Shown: in pieces, positions 44,615 to 53,375 of the stretch
Layout of the letters: the number at the start of each line of letters is the position of its first letter
Numbering within the stretch: the stretch's first letter is position 1
Assembly (NCBI RefSeq): GCF_013149785.1
Contig: NZ_JABEZU010000001.1
Location: 1,426,001 to 1,490,000, forward strand
Direction: 5' to 3'
Source of the DNA: Isoptericola halotolerans
GTDB lineage: Bacteria; Actinomycetota; Actinomycetes; Actinomycetales; Cellulomonadaceae
Length of the DNA: 64,000 bases
Notes under the pieces: generated by a model
Databases searched by the model: none
Seen by the model: only the letters and a program-made list of their open reading frames with translations
What the model was told of the DNA's origin: nothing
Position numbers and translations under genes: made by a program

Positions 44615-45292
44615 TCACTGCCAGGTGCCGGGCTTGCTGGTGGTGGACCCGTCAGGGAGCGTGACTGTCGAGGGGAACTGCGCACGGGCCAGTGTCTTGG
44701 GCCGAACTTCGCGGCGTTCTCGTGCGACCAGGGATGGCGCGCGGCCTTTGCGGGGGTTCGCGACGATGACGCGACGACCCATGCCTTCGAGGATTCGGAC
44801 TGCCTCCTGAAGGTCTGAATCGTCGCTCACGACCAGTGACGCCTCGTGGGCGTAGACGAAGTGGTCTCGTACGAGCCGCACAGCAAGGTTGACGTCCGAC
44901 CCCTTCTCCTCGGGTTTCTTGATCGTCGCAGTCGTTGCCGCACAGCACTTGCAGCCACGTGAAGCGCAGCACGTACAGCTCACGTTGGGCACGCGTGCCG
45001 ACGTGACGTCTCGCACCCGGAAGTGCCCCTCGAGCACCTCTACCCTCGGCGCGAGCGACTCAAGCGCACGCAAGTAGAACTGTTGGCGAGTTGGTGCGTG
45101 CGGATCATGGGGGAGCGCGGTGACCCGAGCTGTGCAATAGACGACTGCTTCGACCTCATGGTGTGGCAGCAGCAAGCGCGACCATTCAAGGACGTCGAGC
45201 CAGCGGTGCGGGGTCTTTCGAAGTGCCCCGTAGTAGAGGTTGAAGCCATCGATGTACACGCGCGCTGTAGGTCTGCTTCCGGCCATGCCCAT
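44615..45292 (-). CDS. NYN / LabA-DUF88 PIN-fold nuclease with a Cys-rich insertion
   Basis: 'VYIDGFNLYYG', 'EEKGSDVNLA', 'VVSDDSDL' acidic active-site motifs; start could be 45298, 45292 or 45286. Confidence 0.88.
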   Translation of the reverse strand: MGMAGSRPTARVYIDGFNLYYGALRKTPHRWLDVLEWSRLLLPHHEVEAVVYCTARVTALPHDPHAPTRQQFYLRALESLAPRVEVLEGHFRVRDVTSARVPNVSCTCCASRGCKCCAATTATIKKPEEKGSDVNLAVRLVRDHFVYAHEASLVVSDDSDLQEAVRILEGMGRRVIVANPRKGRAPSLVARERREVRPKTLARAQFPSTVTLPDGSTTSKPGTWQ

Positions 45293-45310
45293 GGACATTA
45301 CTACTCATGG

Positions 45311-45342
45311 AACGCCCCCGGTCCAGACGGACCGGGGGCGTT
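45311..45342. terminator. 14-bp perfect hairpin between the XRE operon and the NYN gene
   Basis: aacgcccccggtcc-agac-ggaccgggggcgtt. Confidence 0.75.
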
Positions 45343-45359
45343 CTTCGTGCGTATGAGGC

Positions 45360-45563
45360 TCAGGCAGCCTGCCCAGTGACGAGCTCCGGCACCGTCACCT
45401 CGAACTGGGCAGCGATGTCGGCGAGTAGGTCGGCCTCGAACGGCCGCTTGCCCGTCATCCGCTGTGACAACTCGTCAGGGCTGACACGGACGCACACGGC
45501 AAGCTCCGACTGCCGCACGTCGTGATGCCAGCACCACCAGCGGATGCCGTCGGAGGGAGTCAC
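45360..45563 (-). CDS. Cro/CI (XRE)-type HTH protein
   Basis: 'QSELA..V.VS...LSQRMTGKRPF....L..IA..F.V.V.EL'. Confidence 0.75.
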   Translation of the reverse strand: MTPSDGIRWWCWHHDVRQSELAVCVRVSPDELSQRMTGKRPFEADLLADIAAQFEVTVPELVTGQAA

Positions 45564-45565
45564 GG

Positions 45566-45841
45566 TCAGCGAACCTCGACCGGCTCTGCCCACTCAGCTG
45601 GGAAGGGGAACAGGGCCGATGGCCGCGTGATGCCCAGGGCGCGAGCGGCGAGGATGATGTCGACCGTCGTCAGCAGGCGCGGGTTCCAGAGGTGGTTGCG
45701 GAAGGTAGACGGGTTGAGGCCCGCTGCTCGAGCGATGGCCGCCCGGGTCATCCCTCGCTCTTCGATCTCTCGGCTGATGTTCGCAGCGACGTTGTTCGCG
45801 AAGTCGCGGTAGCTCGGCTCGGGGTGCTGGGTGGTGGTCAT
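45566..45841 (-). CDS. Cro/CI (XRE)-type HTH protein
   Basis: 'RGMTRAAIARAAGLNPSTF.....I..ARALGI'; AGGAG RBS. Confidence 0.8.
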   Translation of the reverse strand: MTTTQHPEPSYRDFANNVAANISREIEERGMTRAAIARAAGLNPSTFRNHLWNPRLLTTVDIILAARALGITRPSALFPFPAEWAEPVEVR

Positions 45842-45850
45842 GATGACTCC

Positions 45851-46300
45851 TCAGTCCTGCTGGATGTCGGCAAGTGAGGTGGCGAGACGCTGAAGTCCCT
45901 CAGCGAGGGCCATGATGTTCTCCGGCGTCTGAGCTTCCTCGGCGTCGTCGACATCGACGTACAGGGTGGCCACGCCCGCCTCGAGAGCTCCGGGCCGAAG
46001 CATGACCTCGGTCTGGGTGAGCACGGCGGAGGCGAACCCTGGCACGACGGCCGTGACGCTCAGGCTTCGCCTCCAGCCGTCCCCGTTCCCCCACCAGGAC
46101 CACGGCTCGGCGTCCTCGGCCCAGTCCGGTGCGGTGGCGTCCGGTGCCGGGAAGGTGGGGACCGCGCTCTGGACGAACTCCTCGGCCCTCACGGGGTCGT
46201 CGATGACGCTGACCACGCGACGAACCTCCTTCGGCTGATTGACGGGGTAGCGGTCGACGAGCGCCTTGCGGTCGGCGTCCGTGAAGGTGGTGGCGGTCAT
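45851..46300 (-). CDS. Hypothetical element protein (149 aa)
   Basis: AAGGAG RBS, ATGA overlap with the upstream ORF. Confidence 0.7.
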   Translation of the reverse strand: MTATTFTDADRKALVDRYPVNQPKEVRRVVSVIDDPVRAEEFVQSAVPTFPAPDATAPDWAEDAEPWSWWGNGDGWRRSLSVTAVVPGFASAVLTQTEVMLRPGALEAGVATLYVDVDDAEEAQTPENIMALAEGLQRLATSLADIQQD

Positions 46301-46488
46301 GGTGTCTGCTCCTTCGAGATGCGTACTGCGGTGACTTCACCTGCACGGGCGACATGCGGGTGTCCCTCCAAGGTGCGGAGGATGTAGGGGTACGTCTCGT
46401 CATCGGTGACGACACGAACCTCAGCGAAGACCGGTGGTGCGCCCTCAAGCCGGAAGAGGACGAGTTCACCGACCTCGTGGCCTTCCAT
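46297..46488 (-). CDS. Small beta-rich hypothetical protein (63 aa)
   Basis: Packed between neighbours in the leftward operon. Confidence 0.55.
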   Translation of the reverse strand: MEGHEVGELVLFRLEGAPPVFAEVRVVTDDETYPYILRTLEGHPHVARAGEVTAVRISKEQTP

Positions 46489-46489
46489 G

Positions 46490-46696
46490 TCAGGCCTGCC
46501 CGATGCGGGCGCCGACCTTGGCGCGAGCACCTGCCCGCTCGCGGGAGTCGGCGAACGCGGCAAGCGCTATCGCTTCCTCGTGCTGTCCGTCGATGATCAG
46601 GCGGTCAACCTCGGCACGCATGTCGGCGACGACCTGGGTGGTACGAGCGGCGACGCGGTCGGCCTGGGTCCGGGTGACCTGGCTAGGGTTGTTCAT
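46490..46696 (-). CDS. Small helical hypothetical protein (68 aa)
   Basis: GAGAGG RBS; first gene of the leftward operon next to attR. Confidence 0.6.
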   Translation of the reverse strand: MNNPSQVTRTQADRVAARTTQVVADMRAEVDRLIIDGQHEEAIALAAFADSRERAGARAKVGARIGQA

Positions 46697-46764
46697 GGCC
46701 TGCACCTCTCACTAGGTGTTGGTCGGCCCGTTCGGTGTTCCAGCACCGGGCGGGCGTCTGTTCT

Positions 46765-46815
46765 AGGAGTGTCACCTACTTGTGCTTGACCTGGCCGTCG
46801 CCGTCGCCGTCCTGG
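46765..46815 (+). repeat. attR
   Basis: Element arm gtgcttgac (46782-46790) is the reverse complement of the attL arm; core GACCTG at 46788-46793, after which comM resumes. Confidence 0.9.
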
Positions 46816-48083
46816 CCGGCGCCGGCGTCGTGCCGCACCAGGGCCTCGAACGTGTGGTGCATCTCGCCGAGCTGGGTCTGGACGGGCGGCTGCAACCGGT
46901 CCGGGGAGTGCTCCCCGCGGTCGCGTCCGCCGTCGCGGGCGGGTGCACCGACGTGGTGGTCTCGGCCGCAGACGCCCCCGAGGCCCGCCTCGTGCCCGGC
47001 GCCACCGTGCACGAGGCGACGCACCTGGGCGACGTCGTCCGGCTCCACGGGGGAGAGCTGGACCGCGACCCGGACCTCGTCGCGGTGCCACGGAGCGCCC
47101 CGGCGGTGGCTCGACGCCCCGAGGGGGACCTGCGCGACGTCGTCGGGCAGAGCGAGGCTCGCTTGGCGCTGGAGGTGGCGGCCGCAGGCGGTCACCACCT
47201 GCTGATGATCGGTCCGCCGGGGGCAGGCAAGACGATGCTGGCGGCGCGGTTGCCCGGGATCCTGCCCGACCTCAGCGAGCCGGACGCCGTCGAGGTGACG
47301 GCCGTGCACTCCGTCGCGGGGACGTTCGACCCCGGGAGCGGGCTGCTGCGCCGCCCGCCCTTCGAGGATCCGCACCACACCGCGACGCCGGCGGCGATCG
47401 TCGGCGGGGGGACGGGGCTGGCACGGCCGGGTGCGGTGTCGCGGGCGCACCGGGGAGTGCTCTTCCTCGACGAGGCGCCCGAGTTCGCGCCCCGGGTGCT
47501 GCAGACGCTGCGCCAGCCGCTCGAGGCGGGCGAGCTCGTCCTGCACCGAGCCGGCGGTGCGACCCGGTACCCGGCGCGCTTCCAGCTCGTGCTCGCAGCC
47601 AACCCGTGCCCCTGCGGGATGGCGAGCACGAACGCCGGGCTCGAGTGCACCTGCACGTCGGTGGCACGCCGACGGTACGTCGGTCGGTTGTCGGGACCTC
47701 TCCTCGACCGGATCGACCTGCAGGTGCATCTCGCAGGCCTCACACGCGCCGAGCGTGTGCTCGGGCACCACGGCGAGTCGAGCGCGGACGTCGCGGGACG
47801 CGTCCGACAGGCTCGTGCGGCGGCACGAGAGAGATGGGCCGGCACCCGGTGGAGGACCAACGTCGAGCTGCCGGGGCCCTGGCTGCGGGACCGCCTGCGC
47901 GGCCGGCCCGGCGTGCTCGCGCAGGTCGAGCGACAGATCGACGCCGGAGACCTGTCGATGCGCGGCGCGGACCGGCTGCTGCGGGTCGCGTGGACGGTCG
48001 CGGACCTCGACGGGCGAGACGTGCCCACCACGGCGGACGTCGACGCCGCCATGATGTTCCGGACGGGTGAGCGCCGTGGCTGA
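46782..48083 (+). pseudogene. comM: comM/YifB 3' fragment (intact AAA+ ATPase part)
   Basis: DLAVAVAVL..., AELGLDG, GPPGAGKTMLA, AHRGVLFLDE, ANPCPCG, SGPLLDRID; no internal stops. Confidence 0.93.
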
Positions 48084-49326
48084 CCGGCTCTTCGAGCTCG
48101 ACCTCCCACGGCGGCCGGCGCGCCTCCGCTTCGACGTCGACGACCCGCTGCTGGCGTCGGCGGCGTGGAGCCGGCTGGCAGAGCCGGGCGACGTCGTGGC
48201 GGGCGCGCTGGTGGAGCACCTGGGCGCGCCGGGCGCACTCGCCTGGCTGGTGCAGGCTGCGGCGGAACCTGCGCAGGCGTTCCGTGGCGACCAGCTCGGC
48301 CCTCTGGACGCGGTGGTCCGGCAGAGCACGCTGCGGCGGCTCGGCGATGCGGTCGGGCGCTGGTCCCAGCGGTTGGCGAGCCTCGACCCGCGGCGTGAGC
48401 TGCGCGTCCTGCACCGCTTCGAGGGGGTGCTGCTGACGCCGTCCGACGCACGATGGCCCGCCGGGCTCGCCGACCTGGGTGCGGCGGCGCCCTTCGCCCT
48501 GTGGGTCCGCGGCCAGGTGGAGCCGGCGGTCACCTCCCCGCGGTCCGTCGCGGTCGTCGGTGCCCGCGCGTCGACCTCGTACGGCGAGCGGGTGTCCGCG
48601 GATCTCGCGGCCGGACTCGTCGACCGCGGGTTCGCGATCGTCTCAGGAGGTGCCTACGGCATCGACGCGGCAGCTCATCGGGGCGCGCTCGCGGCGTCCG
48701 GCGCGACGTGCGCGGTCCTCGCCGGCGGGGTGGACAGGTTCTACCCGCAGGGCAACGACGGCCTCCTGAGGCGAGTGGTCGAGTCCGGCGGCGCGGTGGT
48801 CAGCGAGGTCCCTCCGGGGTCGGCGCCCTTCCGGCAGCGCTTCCTGTCGCGCAACCGCGTCATCGCCGCGATCACCGGTGCCACCGTGGTCGTCGAGGCG
48901 GCCCGGAGGTCCGGTGCGTTGTCGACCGCTCGGCGTGCTGCCGAGCTGCTGCGGCCGGTCGGTGCGGTCCCGGGTCCCGTGACGTCGATGGCGTCGTCGG
49001 GCTGCCACGCGCTGCTGCGGGACGGCGCCGCGGTCTGCGTCGCTGACGCGAACGAGGTCGCCGAGCTCGCGGGGCGCCTCGGGGCGGATGCTGCCCCGGG
49101 GGCCTCCGACGGTGTCGGGGAGGGAGCTCCCGACCCGCGGGACGGCCTACGACCCGACGAGCTGCTCGTGCTCGATGCCCTGCCGGCCCGTGCCGCGGCC
49201 ACGGTGGACGCTCTCGCGCGCACCGCCGGTCTGCCTGCGCGACAGGTCATCGGGGTGCTCGGTGGGCTCGAACGACGTCGCCTGGCACGGCGCGACGGGG
49301 CGCGGTGGCTGTGCGCCCAAGGCTGA
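48067..49326 (+). CDS. dprA: DNA-processing protein DprA
   Basis: VAVVGAR, VSGGAYGID..AH.GAL, RFLSRNR.IA, VVVEA..RSG.L.TA. Confidence 0.96.
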   Translation: MSAVADRLFELDLPRRPARLRFDVDDPLLASAAWSRLAEPGDVVAGALVEHLGAPGALAWLVQAAAEPAQAFRGDQLGPLDAVVRQSTLRRLGDAVGRWSQRLASLDPRRELRVLHRFEGVLLTPSDARWPAGLADLGAAAPFALWVRGQVEPAVTSPRSVAVVGARASTSYGERVSADLAAGLVDRGFAIVSGGAYGIDAAAHRGALAASGATCAVLAGGVDRFYPQGNDGLLRRVVESGGAVVSEVPPGSAPFRQRFLSRNRVIAAITGATVVVEAARRSGALSTARRAAELLRPVGAVPGPVTSMASSGCHALLRDGAAVCVADANEVAELAGRLGADAAPGASDGVGEGAPDPRDGLRPDELLVLDALPARAAATVDALARTAGLPARQVIGVLGGLERRRLARRDGARWLCAQG

Positions 49327-49393
49327 CGGCAGGGGGACGAAACGCCGTGTCACCTGCGCAGTCGTTCTCTGCCGAGGAGGCACACTGAGGACG

Positions 49394-50338
49394 ATGACGA
49401 GCCCGGACGTCCCGCCGCTGCCACCATCGCTCGCCGACGCGGTGAACGGCTTCACACGGCACCTGGCGGCCCAGAAGGGCCACTCGGCGCACACCCGGCG
49501 TGCGTACCGCGCCGATGTCACGGGCCTGCTGCGCCATGCGATGCGTCACGGGACCACGGAGCTCGGTGCCGTCGACCTCGGTGTCCTGCGGAGCTGGCTC
49601 GGCACCCAGGCGGACCGCGGGCTGTCGCGGGCCACTCTCGCGCGACGGAGCGCCGCTGCGAGGGCGTTCCTGCGATGGGCGCACCGTGAAGGACTGATCG
49701 TCTCGGACCCGTCGGTCCGGTTGGCCAACCCGCGGGTCGCGCGCACGCTTCCGACGGTGCTCTCCGAGGATGCCGCCGCCCGCCTGCTCGACACCGCGCG
49801 CCGGCAGGTCGACGAGGCCGAGCCGGGCGGACGGGCCGTGGCGCTGCGCGTGTGGGCGGCTGCCGAGCTGCTGTACGGCTCCGGCGTCCGCGTCGGCGAG
49901 CTGGTCGCCTGCGACGTGCGCGACGTGGATGTCGGCGAGAGACTGCTCCGGGTCCTGGGCAAGGGGGGCAAGGAGCGGGTGGTGCCGTTCGGCGTGCCGG
50001 CCGCCCGTGCCGTGACGGCGTGGCTCGCCGGGGGGCGGCCCGATCTCGATCGTGCCGACTCCCCGCCGGCGCTCTTCCTGGGGGACCGGGGAGGCCGGTG
50101 GGGGCAACGCCAGGCGCGCGAGTCCGTGCACCGGCTGGCTGCCGCCGCGGGGGTGGACGACGTCGCCCCCCATGCGCTGCGCCACTCGGCCGCCACCCAT
50201 CTGCTGGCGGGCGGCTCTGACCTGCGCTCGGTGCAGGAGGTGCTGGGGCACGCCGACCTCGGGACGACCCAGAGGTACACGCACGTGGACGCCGAACGTC
50301 TCCAGCAGGTGTTCCGGCAGGCCTTCCCCCGTGCCTGA
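49394..50338 (+). CDS. xerC: Tyrosine recombinase XerC
   Basis: LLYGSGVRVGEL, GKGGKER.VP, PHALRHSAATHLL, LGHA...TTQRYTH; usual position after dprA. Confidence 0.93.
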   Translation: MTSPDVPPLPPSLADAVNGFTRHLAAQKGHSAHTRRAYRADVTGLLRHAMRHGTTELGAVDLGVLRSWLGTQADRGLSRATLARRSAAARAFLRWAHREGLIVSDPSVRLANPRVARTLPTVLSEDAAARLLDTARRQVDEAEPGGRAVALRVWAAAELLYGSGVRVGELVACDVRDVDVGERLLRVLGKGGKERVVPFGVPAARAVTAWLAGGRPDLDRADSPPALFLGDRGGRWGQRQARESVHRLAAAAGVDDVAPHALRHSAATHLLAGGSDLRSVQEVLGHADLGTTQRYTHVDAERLQQVFRQAFPRA

Positions 50339-50353
50339 GTGCGGGCCGGGGGA

Positions 50354-50911
50354 TCAGTGTGCCGGTGACGGCAGCAGCACGACGGGTGGCGCGAGACCCA
50401 GCAGCGCCAGCGGGTCGAGGTAGGCCTCCCCGCGGCGCACGCCCCAGTGCAGGCATGTGGCCGGGGAGCAGTGCAGCACGGTGGTCTCGTCGGTGACCTC
50501 GCCCACCACGTCCCCGCGTCCGACGCGGTCGCCCACCTCCCGGTGCGCCCGGACCGGTTCGAAGGTCGAGCGGAGCTCGCCGTGGGAGACGACCAGGACC
50601 GGCTTGCCCCCGACCTGTCCTGCGAACGTCACGGTCCCTGAGGTGGGCGCTACCACCGGGGTGCCCGGGGGAGCAGCGAGGTCGACACCTCGGTGACCGG
50701 GCAGCCAGGGCCGGGCCGGGGGGTCGAAGCCGTGCACGACCGCGCCGTCGACGGGAGCGTGCCAGGCCGGGGACGGGCCGGTGTCCGGGGCGCGGCTCGC
50801 GTGGGCACCCGGGGCGACCAGGCAGACGGCGGCGAGGACGGCGAGGAGGAGTGGCACGGCCCCCGTCGTCGGACGGGGTGCCGTGCGGCGCAGGTGCGGG
50901 TGGCGGAGCAT
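50354..50911 (-). CDS. M23-family peptidase-like secreted protein
   Basis: Signal peptide, 'GHRGVDL', 'CLHWGVR...YLDPL'; conserved divergent position before rpsB. Confidence 0.85.
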   Translation of the reverse strand: MLRHPHLRRTAPRPTTGAVPLLLAVLAAVCLVAPGAHASRAPDTGPSPAWHAPVDGAVVHGFDPPARPWLPGHRGVDLAAPPGTPVVAPTSGTVTFAGQVGGKPVLVVSHGELRSTFEPVRAHREVGDRVGRGDVVGEVTDETTVLHCSPATCLHWGVRRGEAYLDPLALLGLAPPVVLLPSPAH

Positions 50912-51360
50912 GTTCCCAGGTTCGTGGCCCTGACCGGCAGCAGCGGTGCGGTCGGTCGAGGTTGTGGACGGTGACGGTCGGTGGACGGCCCCGGAGTGTG
51001 CTGGACCACGTGCGCGACCGGTGCTGCCGACCGGGCCGGTCGGGTAGACTCCTGCGTGCGACCACCCCACCTGTCCTGATCCGGTACCCAGCGTGCCGTC
51101 CGGGACTCCCGGCGGGCGTGGTCGACATCGCGTGTCACGGACGTGTCCTCCCTGCTCTCACGGTCGGGGTCGGCACGGCTGACCGGCAGCGGTCCGTCCG
51201 CCCTTCGGCGGCGGTGCCGGCTCGGCGTGACACCAGGGGTGCCGGGCCAGATGCCCGTCACCGACAACCGAAGCACTGCGACCGCTCGCCCTGCCTGCGG
51301 TCGCCTGATGCGCTCGGGTGCCGGGAGGATCCCGGTCCCGTGCGGTGAAAGGACCTCCTC

Positions 51361-52302
51361 ATGGCCGTCGTGACCATGCGCCAGCTCCTCGAGAGCGGTG
51401 TCCACTTCGGGCACCAGACCCGCCGTTGGAACCCGAAGATGAAGCGGTTCATCTTCACGGAGCGCAACGGTATCTACATCGTCGACCTGCAGCAGTCGCT
51501 GTCCTACATCGACCGTGCCTACGAGTTCGTCAAGGAGACGGTCGCCCACGGTGGCTCGATCCTGTTCGTCGGTACCAAGAAGCAGGCGCAGGAGCCCGTC
51601 GCCGAGCAGGCCGCCCGCGTCGGCATGCCCTACGTCAACCACCGTTGGCTCGGTGGCATGCTCACCAACTTCACCACCGTGCACAAGCGTCTCCAGCGGC
51701 TCAAGGAGCTCGAGGAGATCGACTTCGACGACGTCGCCTCCTCGTCCCTGACGAAGAAGGAGCTGCTCGTCCTGCGCCGCGAGAAGGACAAGCTCGCCCG
51801 CACCCTCGGTGGTATCCGCGACATGGCCAAGACGCCGTCGGCCGTGTGGATCGTGGACACCAACAAGGAGCACCTCGCTGTCGACGAGGCCCGCAAGCTG
51901 GGGATCCCGGTCGTGGCGATCCTCGACACGAACTGCGACCCGGACATGGTCGACTACGCGATCCCGGGCAACGACGACGCGATCCGCTCCGTCACGCTGC
52001 TCACGCGCGTGGTCGCCGACGCCGCGGCCGAGGGTCTGATGCAGCGCGCCTCCGGCAAGAAGGGCGAGACGGCCGAGGCCGAGACGGAGCCCCTGGCCGA
52101 GTGGGAGCGCGAGCTGCTCGCCGGTGCGGAGGCCGAGAAGGCGGAGGACGCCGTCGAGGCCGCCGAGCAGGCGCCGGACGCTGCGGCGACCGAGGGTGCC
52201 TCCGGCGCCGAGGAGGCCGTCGCGCCCGGTGCGGACGCAGCTCCGGCCGTCGAGGCTGCCGCTGTCGCCGAGCCCGAGGCCGAGACCGAGAAGTCCGAGT
52301 GA
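51361..52302 (+). CDS. rpsB: 30S ribosomal protein S2
   Basis: [38 protein letters not shown]. Confidence 0.99.
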   Translation: MAVVTMRQLLESGVHFGHQTRRWNPKMKRFIFTERNGIYIVDLQQSLSYIDRAYEFVKETVAHGGSILFVGTKKQAQEPVAEQAARVGMPYVNHRWLGGMLTNFTTVHKRLQRLKELEEIDFDDVASSSLTKKELLVLRREKDKLARTLGGIRDMAKTPSAVWIVDTNKEHLAVDEARKLGIPVVAILDTNCDPDMVDYAIPGNDDAIRSVTLLTRVVADAAAEGLMQRASGKKGETAEAETEPLAEWERELLAGAEAEKAEDAVEAAEQAPDAAATEGASGAEEAVAPGADAAPAVEAAAVAEPEAETEKSE

Positions 52303-52305
52303 GTC

Positions 52306-52340
52306 GCGGCGGGCCGGGCGCTCCGGCGCCCGGCCCGCCG
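52306..52340 (+). terminator. Hairpin between rpsB and tsf
   Basis: cggcgggccgggcgc-tccg-gcgcccggcccgccg. Confidence 0.6.
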
Positions 52341-52379
52341 ACTCATCGCTTACCGACACCAGCACGGAGGACATCCCCC

Positions 52380-53219
52380 ATGGCGAACTACACCGCCGCT
52401 GACATCAAGGCCCTGCGCGAGCGCACCGGCGCCGGCATGCTCGACGTCAAGAAGGCGCTCGACGAGGCTGACGGCAACGCGGACAAGGCCGTCGAGATCA
52501 TCCGCAAGAAGGGCCTCGCCCGCGCCGCCAAGCGTGAGGGCAACGCGGCGTCCGAGGGTCTGGTGGCCGTCAAGGTCGCCGAGGGTGACGCCGGGCAGGC
52601 CGCCACCCTGATCGAGCTCAACTCCGAGACCGACTTCGTCGCGAAGAACGACCAGTTCATCGCGCTGGCCGACGCCGTGCTCGAGGCCGTTGCCGCGGCC
52701 GGGGCGGCCGACCTCGACGCCGCGCTCGCCGCGCCGGCCGAGGGCGGCACCGTCGCGGACCTCGTCGCCGCCCAGGGCGCGACGATGGGCGAGAAGATCG
52801 TCCTGCGTCGTGTCGCACGGGTCGAGGGCCCGAAGGTCACGGCGTACCTGCACAAGACCGCCAAGGACCTGCCGCCGTCGATCGGCGTCCTCGTGGTCAC
52901 CGACGCCGCCGCCGAGCCGGTGGCGAAGGACATCGCCCAGCACGTCGCCGCTATCGCGCCGAAGTTCCTGACGCGCGACGACGTGCCGGCCGACACCGTG
53001 GCCAAGGAGCGCGAGATCGCTCTGGAGACCTCGAAGAACGAGGGCAAGCCCGAGGCGGCGCTGCCCAAGATCGTCGAGGGGCGGCTGAACGGCTTCTTCA
53101 AGGAGGTCGTCCTGCTGGACCAGCCGCTGGCGAAGGACCCCAAGACGACGGTGGCCAAGCACGTCGCCTCCACCGGTGGCGAGCTGCTCGGCTTCGTCCG
53201 CTTCCGCGTCGGCAACTGA
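52380..53219 (+). CDS. tsf: Elongation factor Ts
   Basis: LRERTGAGMLDVKKAL, ELNSETDFVAKN. Confidence 0.98.
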   Translation: MANYTAADIKALRERTGAGMLDVKKALDEADGNADKAVEIIRKKGLARAAKREGNAASEGLVAVKVAEGDAGQAATLIELNSETDFVAKNDQFIALADAVLEAVAAAGAADLDAALAAPAEGGTVADLVAAQGATMGEKIVLRRVARVEGPKVTAYLHKTAKDLPPSIGVLVVTDAAAEPVAKDIAQHVAAIAPKFLTRDDVPADTVAKEREIALETSKNEGKPEAALPKIVEGRLNGFFKEVVLLDQPLAKDPKTTVAKHVASTGGELLGFVRFRVGN

Positions 53220-53226
53220 CGCTTCC

Positions 53227-53261
53227 CGGCCCGGCCGCACCACGAGGTGCGGCCGGGCCGT
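53227..53261 (+). terminator. Hairpin after tsf
   Basis: cggcccggccgcacc-acga-ggtgcggccgggccg. Confidence 0.65.
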
Positions 53262-53375
53262 CGCATGCTCGCTCACGGCAGGCACCGCAAGCGGGCGGCC
53301 GCATCCGGTGCCAGGATGCGCGAGGAGACCCAACCCGGGGAGACGTCCCGGGCGTGCACAGAGACGGACGGTGGC

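Larger units (their letters stand above)
37300..46793. mobile_element. Integrated phage-satellite/PICI-like element (phiRv1-like), 9,488-bp predicted circle, inserted in comM
   Basis: Bounded by GACCTG direct repeats; serine integrase, RDF, helicase, capsid and HTH genes; visibly lower GC and many CTAG sites compared with the flanks. Confidence 0.93.

Noticed and set aside
37300..46793. Complete prophage, or conjugative/AICE element
   Set aside because: No tail, portal, terminase or lysis genes, and no FtsK/TraB, relaxase or T4SS genes recognised
49394..50338. XerC as the integrase of the inserted element
   Set aside because: It lies outside the att sites in the usual dprA-xerC chromosomal position, and the att architecture fits the serine recombinase
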